NCBI GenBank assembly: GCA_963663405.2
Contig: CAXXSM010000108.1
Location: 1 to 39,793, forward strand
Direction of reading: 5' to 3'
DNA from: a bacterium
GTDB lineage: Bacteria; Hinthialibacterota; Hinthialibacteria; Hinthialibacterales; Hinthialibacteraceae
Length of the DNA stretch: 39,793 nt
Shown here: positions 30,616 through 39,572 of the stretch, piece after piece
Layout: each line of letters begins with the position of its first letter
Numbering within the stretch: the first letter of the stretch is position 1
Translations under genes and position numbers: made by a program
Notes under the pieces: model-generated
Database searches by the model: none
What the model saw: only the letters and a program-made list of their open reading frames with translations
What the model was told of the DNA's origin: nothing

Positions 30616-31857
30616 ATGTCAAACGAAAAACGCATTCTTCTTGTTGATGATAATCCCTCCTACCGGTCCGCCGTTACCCGGAATCTGACGATGGCCGGAT
30701 ACCATGTGATCGAAGCCGAACACGCAGCCGAAGGGATGACGAAAATCCAGACAGACGATCCCCAGGCTATCATCACGGACCTGGACATGCGCACGCATGA
30801 TGAGGGTCTGCATTTCATTAAAGAGGTCAAACAACGTTATCCTCATATCCCCATGATCTTGATCTCAGCGGTGGGCACATTCGACGAAGGCGCGCTGGCC
30901 CGGCAGTATGGGGCGATGTTCGTGTTGAGCAAATCCCGCATCGACGCGGAGATCGACACTCTCTACAAACGGTTGGATCAGATCTACGAACATTTCCAAC
31001 ACCTTACCATACTCCGGGACCGGTTGGACGAATGGGCGCAGCAAGGCGGCGCGCCCCCGGAAGATCTGCGGCGGGAATTGGGTAAACTGATGCGGGATGA
31101 AGATCTCGATTCCGGCATGAAACGCGAAGTGTATGAAATGCTCGATCAGCTGGAAACCCACGAAGCGCAAACCGCGCAGACTGCGGAAGGGATCGACTTG
31201 GAAGCGGGCCGGTCGGCTGTGGCGGACGCGCTGCCTGAAATCGATCAATTGAATAAAGAAACGCAGACGATGCTCTCTGTCGCGGAAAGTATGCAGCAAT
31301 CCGAATCCGCGTCCAATCTTTCGGTCGCCCGTAATGTCTGTTTTTCCTATTCCTTCGCCGTTGAAAACGAAGTCAAGAAACGGATTAATAAAAAAGTGAA
31401 TCGCCTCTTGTCCGGCAAAAATATATCTTCATTAGCGGACGATTTATACGATATAAAAATCGGAAACCTGGATATTTTCTTCAGTCAATACTTGATTCGA
31501 ACCGTCCAGCGGCAGCAGTTGGAACTGAACGCGGACATCACACGCCAGGTTATGGAGAGAATCCTTAAACACGGCCCCAAATACAAACCGGATGGACTTA
31601 AAGCGCTGGGCGTCATTCTCTTTTGCTGGGGAAGGAACCATGAATTCACGAACCGGAAAGGGAAGATCAAAATCCAAAATCCGCTGGGGATCAAAGGCTT
31701 GACCGATGAAACCACAACCCAGCTCGCCGGGCAGTTGATCCTGTTGCAGCACCTGCGGAATCCGTTCATCCATCCAGAATTCAGCGAACGCGAAAAGATT
31801 GAATCTGTGCGGAAAAGCGCGCTGCAATGTTTAGCGTATACCAGTCAAATCGTGTAA
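30616..31857 (+). CDS. Response regulator: receiver domain + helical HEPN-like output domain
   Basis: ILLVDD, ITDLDM (phospho-Asp), ILISA and LSK; C-terminal SFAVENE...KALG...LRNPFIH. The receiver call is secure; the HEPN call is inferred. Confidence 0.75.
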   Translation: MSNEKRILLVDDNPSYRSAVTRNLTMAGYHVIEAEHAAEGMTKIQTDDPQAIITDLDMRTHDEGLHFIKEVKQRYPHIPMILISAVGTFDEGALARQYGAMFVLSKSRIDAEIDTLYKRLDQIYEHFQHLTILRDRLDEWAQQGGAPPEDLRRELGKLMRDEDLDSGMKREVYEMLDQLETHEAQTAQTAEGIDLEAGRSAVADALPEIDQLNKETQTMLSVAESMQQSESASNLSVARNVCFSYSFAVENEVKKRINKKVNRLLSGKNISSLADDLYDIKIGNLDIFFSQYLIRTVQRQQLELNADITRQVMERILKHGPKYKPDGLKALGVILFCWGRNHEFTNRKGKIKIQNPLGIKGLTDETTTQLAGQLILLQHLRNPFIHPEFSEREKIESVRKSALQCLAYTSQIV

Positions 31858-31903
31858 TCCCAGCCTCGCGCCAGCGGGCGAACGAAAAACGATACAACCA
31901 ATT

Positions 31904-33121
31904 GTGAAGATACTCTTTATTCTGCCCCAGATTCCCTATCCTCCTCACAGCGGAGGCCGGATCGTCACATGGAACACGTTGAAACGCTTCGCGAAAACCT
32001 GCTCCGTCAGTCTTGTTTGCCTCTATCATCATCCTTCAGAACTGGAGGCTCTGGAGACAGTCAAAGACTATTGCGAAGAAGCCACCGCGTTTCCCGCTTA
32101 TGGGAAATGGGCGTTTAAACCACTCGTCCAGTCTCTCTTTTCCCGCTGGCCTTACAAAGCGCGCCGGTTTTACAATCCGGATATGTTCGCTTACATCCAG
32201 CGGCTGCTGAAGCGGGAATCATTCGATGTGATTCACGCGCAGAATTTCTATACAACTTCCTACGTCACAGGCGCGGAATCCGCGTTGAAAATCCATTATA
32301 AAGAAAACGTCGAAGGAAACATTTTGACGCGGTATGCGCGAGCGTCCAAAAATCCACTCATTAAAACCGCGGCGTACGTTGAAGGCTGGCGCACACGCCG
32401 GTTTGAACTGCGCGCGTGCCGTAAGTTTGACCGGATCCTATGTATCTCCCCAATCGACCGGGATACGATCGCGGCTCTAGATCCTTCTCTAACCATTCAC
32501 CATCAAAAACCCGGCGTGGATCTTGAAGCGTATCCGTTTCTCGAAGAACCAAGCGGCCCTCCTACGATTGTATTCACGGGGATGATGTCATATTATCCAA
32601 ACAGCGATGGAATGCTTTACTTTCTCCAACAAATCTGGCCGGTTATTAAAAAACGAACGCCGGACGCGCGGTTGCAGATCGTTGGAGCCGGACCACCTGA
32701 GTCGATCCAGCATTATCATGGGAACAATGACGTTGCCGTAACGGGCCGCGTGGAGAGTGTGCGAGAGTATTTATTAGGCGCGCATGTTTTTATTGTTCCC
32801 CTGCGTATCGGAGGAGGAATCCGGTTGAAGATTTTAGAAGCGATGGCGTCGGGCCGGGCGATTGTCAGCACCTCTATCGGCTGCGAAGGATTGGAGGGCA
32901 AACACGGCGAACAATTAGCCATCGCCGATGATCCAGAGGCATTCGCGAACGCTGTCGTGAACCTGATTGAAAATCCAGCGGAACGGAACCGGCTGCGGGA
33001 AAACGCCCGTTCTCTCGTGGAATCCGTTTACGATTGGGATACAGTGATCAGCCGCCAGGTTGCGGATTACCAAATGTTTGTTGAGAAGGCGGTGTCCCCG
33101 GCGCGGCGCCAGGATTCATAG
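31904..33121 (+). CDS. GT4 family glycosyltransferase
   Basis: PYPPHSGG, FTGMMSYYPN and GGGIRLKILEAMASGRAIVST. Confidence 0.9.
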   Translation: MKILFILPQIPYPPHSGGRIVTWNTLKRFAKTCSVSLVCLYHHPSELEALETVKDYCEEATAFPAYGKWAFKPLVQSLFSRWPYKARRFYNPDMFAYIQRLLKRESFDVIHAQNFYTTSYVTGAESALKIHYKENVEGNILTRYARASKNPLIKTAAYVEGWRTRRFELRACRKFDRILCISPIDRDTIAALDPSLTIHHQKPGVDLEAYPFLEEPSGPPTIVFTGMMSYYPNSDGMLYFLQQIWPVIKKRTPDARLQIVGAGPPESIQHYHGNNDVAVTGRVESVREYLLGAHVFIVPLRIGGGIRLKILEAMASGRAIVSTSIGCEGLEGKHGEQLAIADDPEAFANAVVNLIENPAERNRLRENARSLVESVYDWDTVISRQVADYQMFVEKAVSPARRQDS

Positions 33122-34319
33122 AGGGTGTTGGGGGTGGTTCGATATCGTACAGTTCATCCTTACTGGTTTCAATATAGGCTTTGACGATGTCCGCGGCGGA
33201 TTGGGGATTCGTCTTGCTCAATGCGGAGAAAATCTCTTCCCGGTTTTCAATCCGGTTTAATATACGCAACACGATAAATTGATTTTTCTTTTCCGCTTTC
33301 TCTTTCAGAATAGGATCGGCGGCCTCTTCTGGAGTGAGGACGGGAACCGTGTCAAATAGATTGATCAATAAGGGAGCCGCTTCTTTGGGTTTCATCCCGG
33401 CTACGGCGGTGGCCATCTGCTGTTCTCGCTCGCTTAGTTCACTCTTCTCCCGCTCTTCCCGCAGCGTTTCCAATTCCTGCAACGCGGTATACGCGTCCGT
33501 CACTTGCTTGACGAGATCGCTCAGTTCCGCCTGCTGCGCGTCGATCCGCGACTCCCGCTCGTTCAGCAAACGTTCCCGCTCATTCAATTGAGCGATGGTC
33601 TGGCGGATATTCTCCCGTTCTTTGGAAAGATTCTGCAGCTGCTCCGACATCGGCTCGTCTGGATCGCCAATAAATTCCCCAATCGTAAGTGACTCTGGAA
33701 CCAGGGTTGGTGTGGGAAGGGGGATGGGGGCCGTCGCGCTGCGGATATGGTCGCCAAGATAGGGCACATTGGCTAGAATCTGTTTATCAATCACACCGGT
33801 GTATAAACCAATCGCGGCGCCAACCACGGCCAACGCCATAAGAACCATCAAGTAAAATAAAATCCCACCCCGCTCATGTTTATGACGCGCGTAGTTTTGG
33901 GCGCCGATTTCATCCATCAAATAGCCTTCATGTCTCTGCATTTCGGCTCTCCATTCCGCCAGCCGTCGTTCTTTGAGGCGTTCCAGGATTTTTTCTTCTT
34001 GATACAACTCGATCAATTCCTGTTTTTTCTTGTCTTGATCCTTCCGGATTTTATCGATTTCTTCCCGTTTTTGCCGTTCTACTTCGTTGGTGTAATTCCG
34101 GAAAAGATCGAGGCTTAATTCTTCTTGAATCCATTGCGTGTCGTCCACCTCTTCCAGCAACCGCCGCCGCATGTCTTGAACGGCCCGGCGTCCATCTTCG
34201 ATCTCATGAAGCAACCGCTGGATTTGAGCCTCCAACGCGGCGATCTCCTCTTCTTTCCGCTCAATTGAATAGCGTTTAATTCGCATTACGGGATCAAATC
34301 GAAATCGAAACGCTCTCAT
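33048..34319 (-). CDS. fliJ: FliJ fused to a TM + coiled-coil + MgtE_N-like (YlxF/FlbB/MotE-like) domain
   Basis: The N-terminal ~150 aa are FliJ-like (FRFRFDPVMRIK...ILERLKERR...MDE) and lie directly after fliI. They are followed by a TM helix, a coiled coil and MKPKEAAPLL. Confidence 0.7.
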   Translation of the reverse strand: MRAFRFRFDPVMRIKRYSIERKEEEIAALEAQIQRLLHEIEDGRRAVQDMRRRLLEEVDDTQWIQEELSLDLFRNYTNEVERQKREEIDKIRKDQDKKKQELIELYQEEKILERLKERRLAEWRAEMQRHEGYLMDEIGAQNYARHKHERGGILFYLMVLMALAVVGAAIGLYTGVIDKQILANVPYLGDHIRSATAPIPLPTPTLVPESLTIGEFIGDPDEPMSEQLQNLSKERENIRQTIAQLNERERLLNERESRIDAQQAELSDLVKQVTDAYTALQELETLREEREKSELSEREQQMATAVAGMKPKEAAPLLINLFDTVPVLTPEEAADPILKEKAEKKNQFIVLRILNRIENREEIFSALSKTNPQSAADIVKAYIETSKDELYDIEPPPTPSMNPGAAPGTPPSQQTFGNPQPGG

Positions 34320-35692
34320 TCAGCGCCTCCATTTTTGACTCCCGTCTTCTTTTTGGGGAAGCACTGAAGAGAGATATTCTCCATTTGTTGGACCGCTTCT
34401 TCATAAGGAACCGCTTCATGAATCCCTTGACGCAAAAACGCGTTGATCGTGGGCGTCATTTCGATGCTCAGGTCGATTTCCGGATTCGAACCGCGCTGAT
34501 AGGCGCCGATGTTGATCAGGTCTTCCGCGTCACGGTGTGTCGAAATCACCTCACAGATCCGCCGCGCAGACTCCACTTGTTCGCTTGGGACAATATCCAC
34601 CATCACACGGCTGATGCTCTGCAGCACATCGACGGAGGGATAATGGTTTTTATGCGCCAGATTCCGCGAAAGAACAATATGGCCATCTAAGATACCGCGC
34701 ACCGCGTCCGCGACCGGCTCGTTCATATCGTCCCCTTCGACTAATACTGTGAAAAGGCCGGTGATGGTTCCCTGACCGGGCGTTGTGCCCGCCCGTTCTA
34801 AGAATGAAGGCAGCAAAGCGAACACGGACGGCGTATACCCACGTGTCGTCGGCGGTTCTCCTGACGCGAGACCGACTTCCCGCTGCGCCATCGCCATTCG
34901 TGTAACGGAATCCATCATGAAAAGAACGTTGTTTCCTTGATCTCGGAAATATTCGGCGATCGACATCGCGGTTAACGCCCCTTTGACACGCAAGAGGGGT
35001 GGATTATCGCTTGTCGCGACGATTAGAACGCTTCTCGCCAATCCTTCTTCCCCAAGATCCTTCTCGATAAATTCCCGCACTTCCCTGCCCCGCTCACCGA
35101 TCAAGGCGATCACATTGACATCCGCTTCCGTAGCGCGGGCGATCATCCCCATGAGAGTGCTCTTGCCCACGCCGCTGCCGGAAAAGACGCCGATCCGCTG
35201 CCCCCGGCCCCAGGTCAGAACCGAGTCGATCACTTTTACGCCTGTCGAAAGAGGCTGCTTGATACGTTCACGGGTGATGATATCCGGAGGTTTATTGTAA
35301 ATCGATCGCAGCGTGTCCGTCCGGGGCGTTTCCTTCCCATCGCGGGCGGTTCCCAGCCCATCCAAGATACGGCCCAGCAAACCATCGCCGCATTTCACCC
35401 GGAGAGGGCCACCGGTTGAGATCACCTCACAGCCGGGCCGGATGCCGGTGATATCTCCAAACGCCATCAGAATAACACGTCCGGAACGGAATCCGACGAT
35501 TTCCGCCGGGATGGGAGCCTGATCCCCTTCGGGAACTATACGCACAAAATCGCCCACTGCGCCCCCTGGCCCGCGCGACAGAATCACCAATCCGACCAGT
35601 TCATCCACATACCCCCGCTGCCGGACCGGCTTCGCCTGCTCCACGGACCAACGGATCGAATTCCAATCAATCTCATGCGTTTGTAAACTCAT
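34316..35692 (-). CDS. fliI: Flagellar/T3SS export ATPase FliI
   Basis: SGSGVGKST, ALIGERGREV, MDSVTR, GEPP and ILDGHIVLSR; 4-bp overlaps with both neighbours. Confidence 0.95.
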   Translation of the reverse strand: MSLQTHEIDWNSIRWSVEQAKPVRQRGYVDELVGLVILSRGPGGAVGDFVRIVPEGDQAPIPAEIVGFRSGRVILMAFGDITGIRPGCEVISTGGPLRVKCGDGLLGRILDGLGTARDGKETPRTDTLRSIYNKPPDIITRERIKQPLSTGVKVIDSVLTWGRGQRIGVFSGSGVGKSTLMGMIARATEADVNVIALIGERGREVREFIEKDLGEEGLARSVLIVATSDNPPLLRVKGALTAMSIAEYFRDQGNNVLFMMDSVTRMAMAQREVGLASGEPPTTRGYTPSVFALLPSFLERAGTTPGQGTITGLFTVLVEGDDMNEPVADAVRGILDGHIVLSRNLAHKNHYPSVDVLQSISRVMVDIVPSEQVESARRICEVISTHRDAEDLINIGAYQRGSNPEIDLSIEMTPTINAFLRQGIHEAVPYEEAVQQMENISLQCFPKKKTGVKNGGAE

Positions 35693-36414
35693 GAATTCAA
35701 CACAGCGTCGTTTAGAATCTCCACCTGTTTCTCAATCCGGGCGTCAACGCCCCCCGTTCCGGATTCAATGATCACGCCTCCACGATTGACACGGGTGTCC
35801 GCCTCGATCGAGATGGAATCGATTTCGTCAAAGAGACGTGTGAATTCGGGAACCCACTCTTCAATCTTTTCCCGGTCGTCTGGATGAACGAGAACTTGCA
35901 ACGTCTGCCGGTCCGCCGCCAATTTGATCGCGTCAGAGGTGACTCGAACGACAGTATCGTTATCTTCCTCAATGGTCTTTCGCACGACGCGGGAGACAAT
36001 ATCACACACCAGTTTCCGGATCACCGGTTCTTGATCGCGGAACATGGCTTCCAAGATCGCTTTGCCTTCCACTACCATGGATCGCAGGTTCTGGATCACT
36101 CCCGCAGCTTGTTTGACCGCTTCTTCCCGCCCTTGTTTAAGACCGTCTTCAAAACCTTGTTTACGCGCCTCTTCCTTGATGGCTTCCCCGTCGATTTTGG
36201 CTTGCGCAATGATCTCATCCGCCTCGGTTTTCGCGCTTTCCGCGATTCCATCCGCTTGCTGGGACGCGTTGGTCAGAATGGATTCTTCCCGCTCCTGGGC
36301 AGCGCGGATAATCAGGGCCGCTTCTTCCTCCGCATGGAGAAGCGTTTCTACCCGGTCAACCACGTTGAACGGTTTTTCAAGTCGTACATTAGGAGCTTTA
36401 ATGATTCGAGCCAT
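35689..36414 (-). CDS. fliH: Flagellar assembly protein FliH
   Basis: AxxxGxxxGxxxG repeat (ARKQGFEDGLKQG), VHPDD and GGVIIESGTGGVDA; lies upstream of fliI. Confidence 0.9.
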   Translation of the reverse strand: MARIIKAPNVRLEKPFNVVDRVETLLHAEEEAALIIRAAQEREESILTNASQQADGIAESAKTEADEIIAQAKIDGEAIKEEARKQGFEDGLKQGREEAVKQAAGVIQNLRSMVVEGKAILEAMFRDQEPVIRKLVCDIVSRVVRKTIEEDNDTVVRVTSDAIKLAADRQTLQVLVHPDDREKIEEWVPEFTRLFDEIDSISIEADTRVNRGGVIIESGTGGVDARIEKQVEILNDAVLNS

Positions 36415-36432
36415 AATCGATTGATCTTTTAA

Positions 36433-37306
36433 AGGGGTTTAGGTTGAAGACTGAAGACTGAAGGAAAAGCAAAAGGCGCCGCAGGCGCAACCTTCAACCT
36501 TCAACCTTCAACCTTCAACCTTCAACCTTCAGCCTTCAGCCTTCAACCTTCAACCTTCAGCCTTCAACCTTCAGCCTTCAGCCTTCAACCTTCAACCTTC
36601 AACCTTCAACCTTCAGCCTTCAGCCTTCAACCTTCAGCCTTCAACCTTCAGCCTTCAACCTTCAACCTTCAACCTTCAGCCTTCAACCTTCAACCTTCAG
36701 CCTTCAACCTTCAGCCTTCAGCCTTCAGCCTTCAGCCTTCAGCCTTCAGCCTTCAACCTTCAACCTTCAGCCTTCAACCTTCAACCTTCAACCTTCAACC
36801 TTCAACCTTCAACCTTCAGCCTTCAGCCTTCAGCCTTCAACCTTCAGCCTTCAGCCTTCAGCCTTCAGCCTTCAACCTTCAGCCTTCAGCCTTCAACCTT
36901 CAACCTTCAGCCTTCAGCCTTCAGCCTTCAGCCTTCAGCCTTCAACCTTCAACCTTCAACCTTCAGCCTTCAGCCTTCAGCCTTCAGCCTTCAACCTTCA
37001 ACCTTCAGCCTTCAGCCTTCAACCTTCAACCTTCAACCTTCAGCCTTCAGCCTTCAACCTTCAACCTTCAACCTTCAGCCTTCAACCTTCAACCTTCAAC
37101 CTTCAACCTTCAACCTTCAACCTTCAACCTTCAGCCTTCAGCCTTCAGCCTTCAACCTTCAACCTTCAGCCTTCAGCCTTCAGCCTTCAGCCTTCAACCT
37201 TCAGCCTTCAACCTTCAACCTTCAACCTTCAACCTTCAACCTTCAGCCTTCAACCTTCAGCCTTCAGCCTTCAGCCTTCAGCCTTCAACCTTCAGCCTAA
37301 ACCCCT
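36433..37306. repeat. Palindrome-bounded heptamer tandem array: 115 x CCTTCA[A/G] at 36491-37295
   Basis: Counted by hand: 60 CCTTCAA and 55 CCTTCAG, with no indels or other variants. Termini AGGGGTTTAGG / CCTAAACCCCT are inverted; three inverted units on the left; GCGCC-GCA-GGCGC mini-hairpin in the spacer. Confidence 0.97.
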
Positions 37307-37309
37307 AAT

Positions 37310-37380
37310 AAAAACGGAGAGGGCGTGGTTTCAACCTGGCCGGTTATGGAAACAGGTTCGAGAAGACCGCCGCCCTCCCG
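37310..37380 (-). terminator. Long hairpin with U-tail downstream of the NDT-family gene
   Basis: The minus strand reads GGGAGGGCG...AACCTG...CAGGTT...CGCCCTCTCC-GTTTTT. Confidence 0.5.
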
Positions 37381-37424
37381 CTGGATAAACCAAGCATATT
37401 CGTTTCCCGGCGGCTCATTATGAC

Positions 37425-37904
37425 TTACCGGATAAAAGAGAGGATTTTCAAATCATCCAGAGCGGTCACAATCTGTCCGCCGCTTTGTTCTATCCAATAT
37501 TGTACTTGCAGGTTGACGCAAACGCCATCATTTTCACCGGACAACCGGAAATCCCCCCGGTAGCCATTGATCACTTTATTACCCAAGCCGAAGGTATAGC
37601 CGATCTCCGACGCCGTTCCTGAATCCACGTCCGTTCCATCCAAGACAGCGAGCACACCATCGCTGGATCGAAGCAGCTGGGCGTTCCGTTCCGCGATCCG
37701 CATAGAGATTCGATGAAACTCCGCCGCTCGCGCTTCCCGTTTATCGATCGCTCCGGCGCGTTGAAGTTCTTCTTCCAAATCCGGTGAGGCCGACCAGGGA
37801 TCAATAATCTTATACCCCAACGCCTCCATCTTCTCCCGCAAGGGGACAAGAAATCCCCTTGATGATTCCGCGAATCCTAATGGAGAGGCGATGAATATAT
37901 TCAT
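37425..37904 (-). CDS. Nucleoside 2-deoxyribosyltransferase / nucleotide N-glycosidase family protein
   Basis: IFIASPLGF, IIDPW, LDGTDVDSGTASEIGY (catalytic Glu), YRGDFR and NLQV. Confidence 0.85.
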   Translation of the reverse strand: MNIFIASPLGFAESSRGFLVPLREKMEALGYKIIDPWSASPDLEEELQRAGAIDKREARAAEFHRISMRIAERNAQLLRSSDGVLAVLDGTDVDSGTASEIGYTFGLGNKVINGYRGDFRLSGENDGVCVNLQVQYWIEQSGGQIVTALDDLKILSFIR

Positions 37905-37927
37905 AAGATCTCTTTTCCACTATTCGC

Positions 37928-39524
37928 TCAGCTACTCAACCACGATTTAATAATCGCCGCGACTTCTTCCGGTTTCTCGGAGGCGTAATTGATGACATGT
38001 TCCTGCATCTTCAACCGGCGTTGTTCTTCGGCAGGCAAGCTGGATATATCGCCAAATTCAGCAAGCCCCAACTGGGAGAGCGACAGTTCCCTCGCTTCGG
38101 TAACTGGTTCGATGGGGATCTCTTCGCCGATTTCCTCTTCTTTCTTCGGGGGGCGCGAACGCTTTTTGGAAGAAGAAATAGGCGAATACACCAAGCGCAA
38201 TCAACAGAAGCAGGGGGATCGCCGACCGCACGATCGACATAACATTCCCCCAAAATTGTTCGCTCGCTCGTTTTCGTTCCGCTGTGGTATCGAATGGAAT
38301 ACACTTGAGAGTGAATTTATTTGGATCGTTCGGCGCTTCTGTTTCATTTAATCCAACTCCCACCCGGAGCAAACTCTTAAACGCGTCCAATTCTTCGGGT
38401 GTATAAGAAACCTTTTCCCCCGTCTCCACGTCTTCTTTATACCCCACTTGAATCGCGGCCGCGATCGATTGGATTTCTCCTTGATCCTCTTCAATCAACG
38501 TTTCGAACCAGGGATGTATGTAGTTTGTAATTTCCTCCGTAATCTCCGTACTGCTGATATCCGACTCGGAGCCAATGCCCGAATCTTGTACGTTTCCAGT
38601 GACACCCGGCGCGCCGGAGATTCCACGTTCTTTTGTTTTTTCGCCGTATTCTTTCGTGCTGAGTGGAGCCGCGCCGGATTTATCGATGTGGACGTTCTTG
38701 ATCCGTTTTTTCTCCCAATCGAGAACGACATTAACAGACACCTTATAATTGCTCTCACCAACTTGATCGATCAAAAGCGATTCGAGTTTCCTCTTCAACT
38801 TATCTTCAACGTATTGTTGGATTTCAAGTTGTTTATTCATCTTGGCGACACCGGGTTCGATATCGGTGTCTTCACTCAGCATTCGATTCTGGTTGTCGGA
38901 GACAATCACTTTTTGGGGACGCAGCCCAGGCACCGCCGCCGCGACAAGCCGTTGGATTCCCGCTACTTCATCCGATGATATGGGCCGTTGTGAGATGAGT
39001 TTAACCGACGCGGTCGTCTCGATTTTATCTTTTAAAAAGAGCGTTTGGGGGGGATCCGTAATGGTAACATAAGCGGCGGTGATATTGGCGCCATCGACAA
39101 TCGTTTTTTCCAGCACGTTCTGTAAGGCAATAATCGATTGAAGATCGAACATGCGTTCGGTCATTCCCAGGCGGGTTTCTTCAAAAATCTCATACGTTTT
39201 ACCGGGATTAAAACCGATCAATCCCTGCGTAGCCAATTGACGCCGGATTCGAGGGGCTTCACTTTGATCCACTTGGATGCTTTGATCATCCGCTTTATAA
39301 GCGATTCCTTTTTCTTCGAGAAAACTCTCAATCCGGCCCAACTGCGCGTCGTCTCGCGACGTCATCAATGTACTCCACTGGGGTTGACTGGCAAAATAGA
39401 CAGCGGCGCCCATCGCGAGCAGAAGAAGTATGGGCGCGGCGACAAACATCGCCCGTTGCTGCATCGAAAGACTATCCCAAATTCGCATGACTTGTTCACG
39501 AATTTGTTGTATGAAATCCTGCAT
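37928..39524 (-). CDS. fliF: Flagellar M-ring protein FliF, with one frameshift near 38150
   Basis: Two TM helices, YEIFEETRLGMTE, ASVKL and LVAAAVPGL. The C-terminal ...PEEVAAIIKSWL lies in ORF 37928..38200; deleting one base from the G6 run at 38148-38153 joins the two parts. Confidence 0.88.
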
Positions 39525-39572
39525 GATTCAGACTCCAGCAAAATCCCGCGCCGTTTTCCACGCCGGATTGGG

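Noticed and set aside
36491-37295. Array as a CRISPR locus
   Set aside because: The units are contiguous 7-mers with no spacers, and there are no cas genes.
36451-37300. Array as a protein-coding repeat (PSTFNLQ/PSAFSLQ)
   Set aside because: The plus strand is stop-free but has no usable ATG/GTG/TTG start or SD and is antisense to the operon. The minus strand has TGA in all frames.
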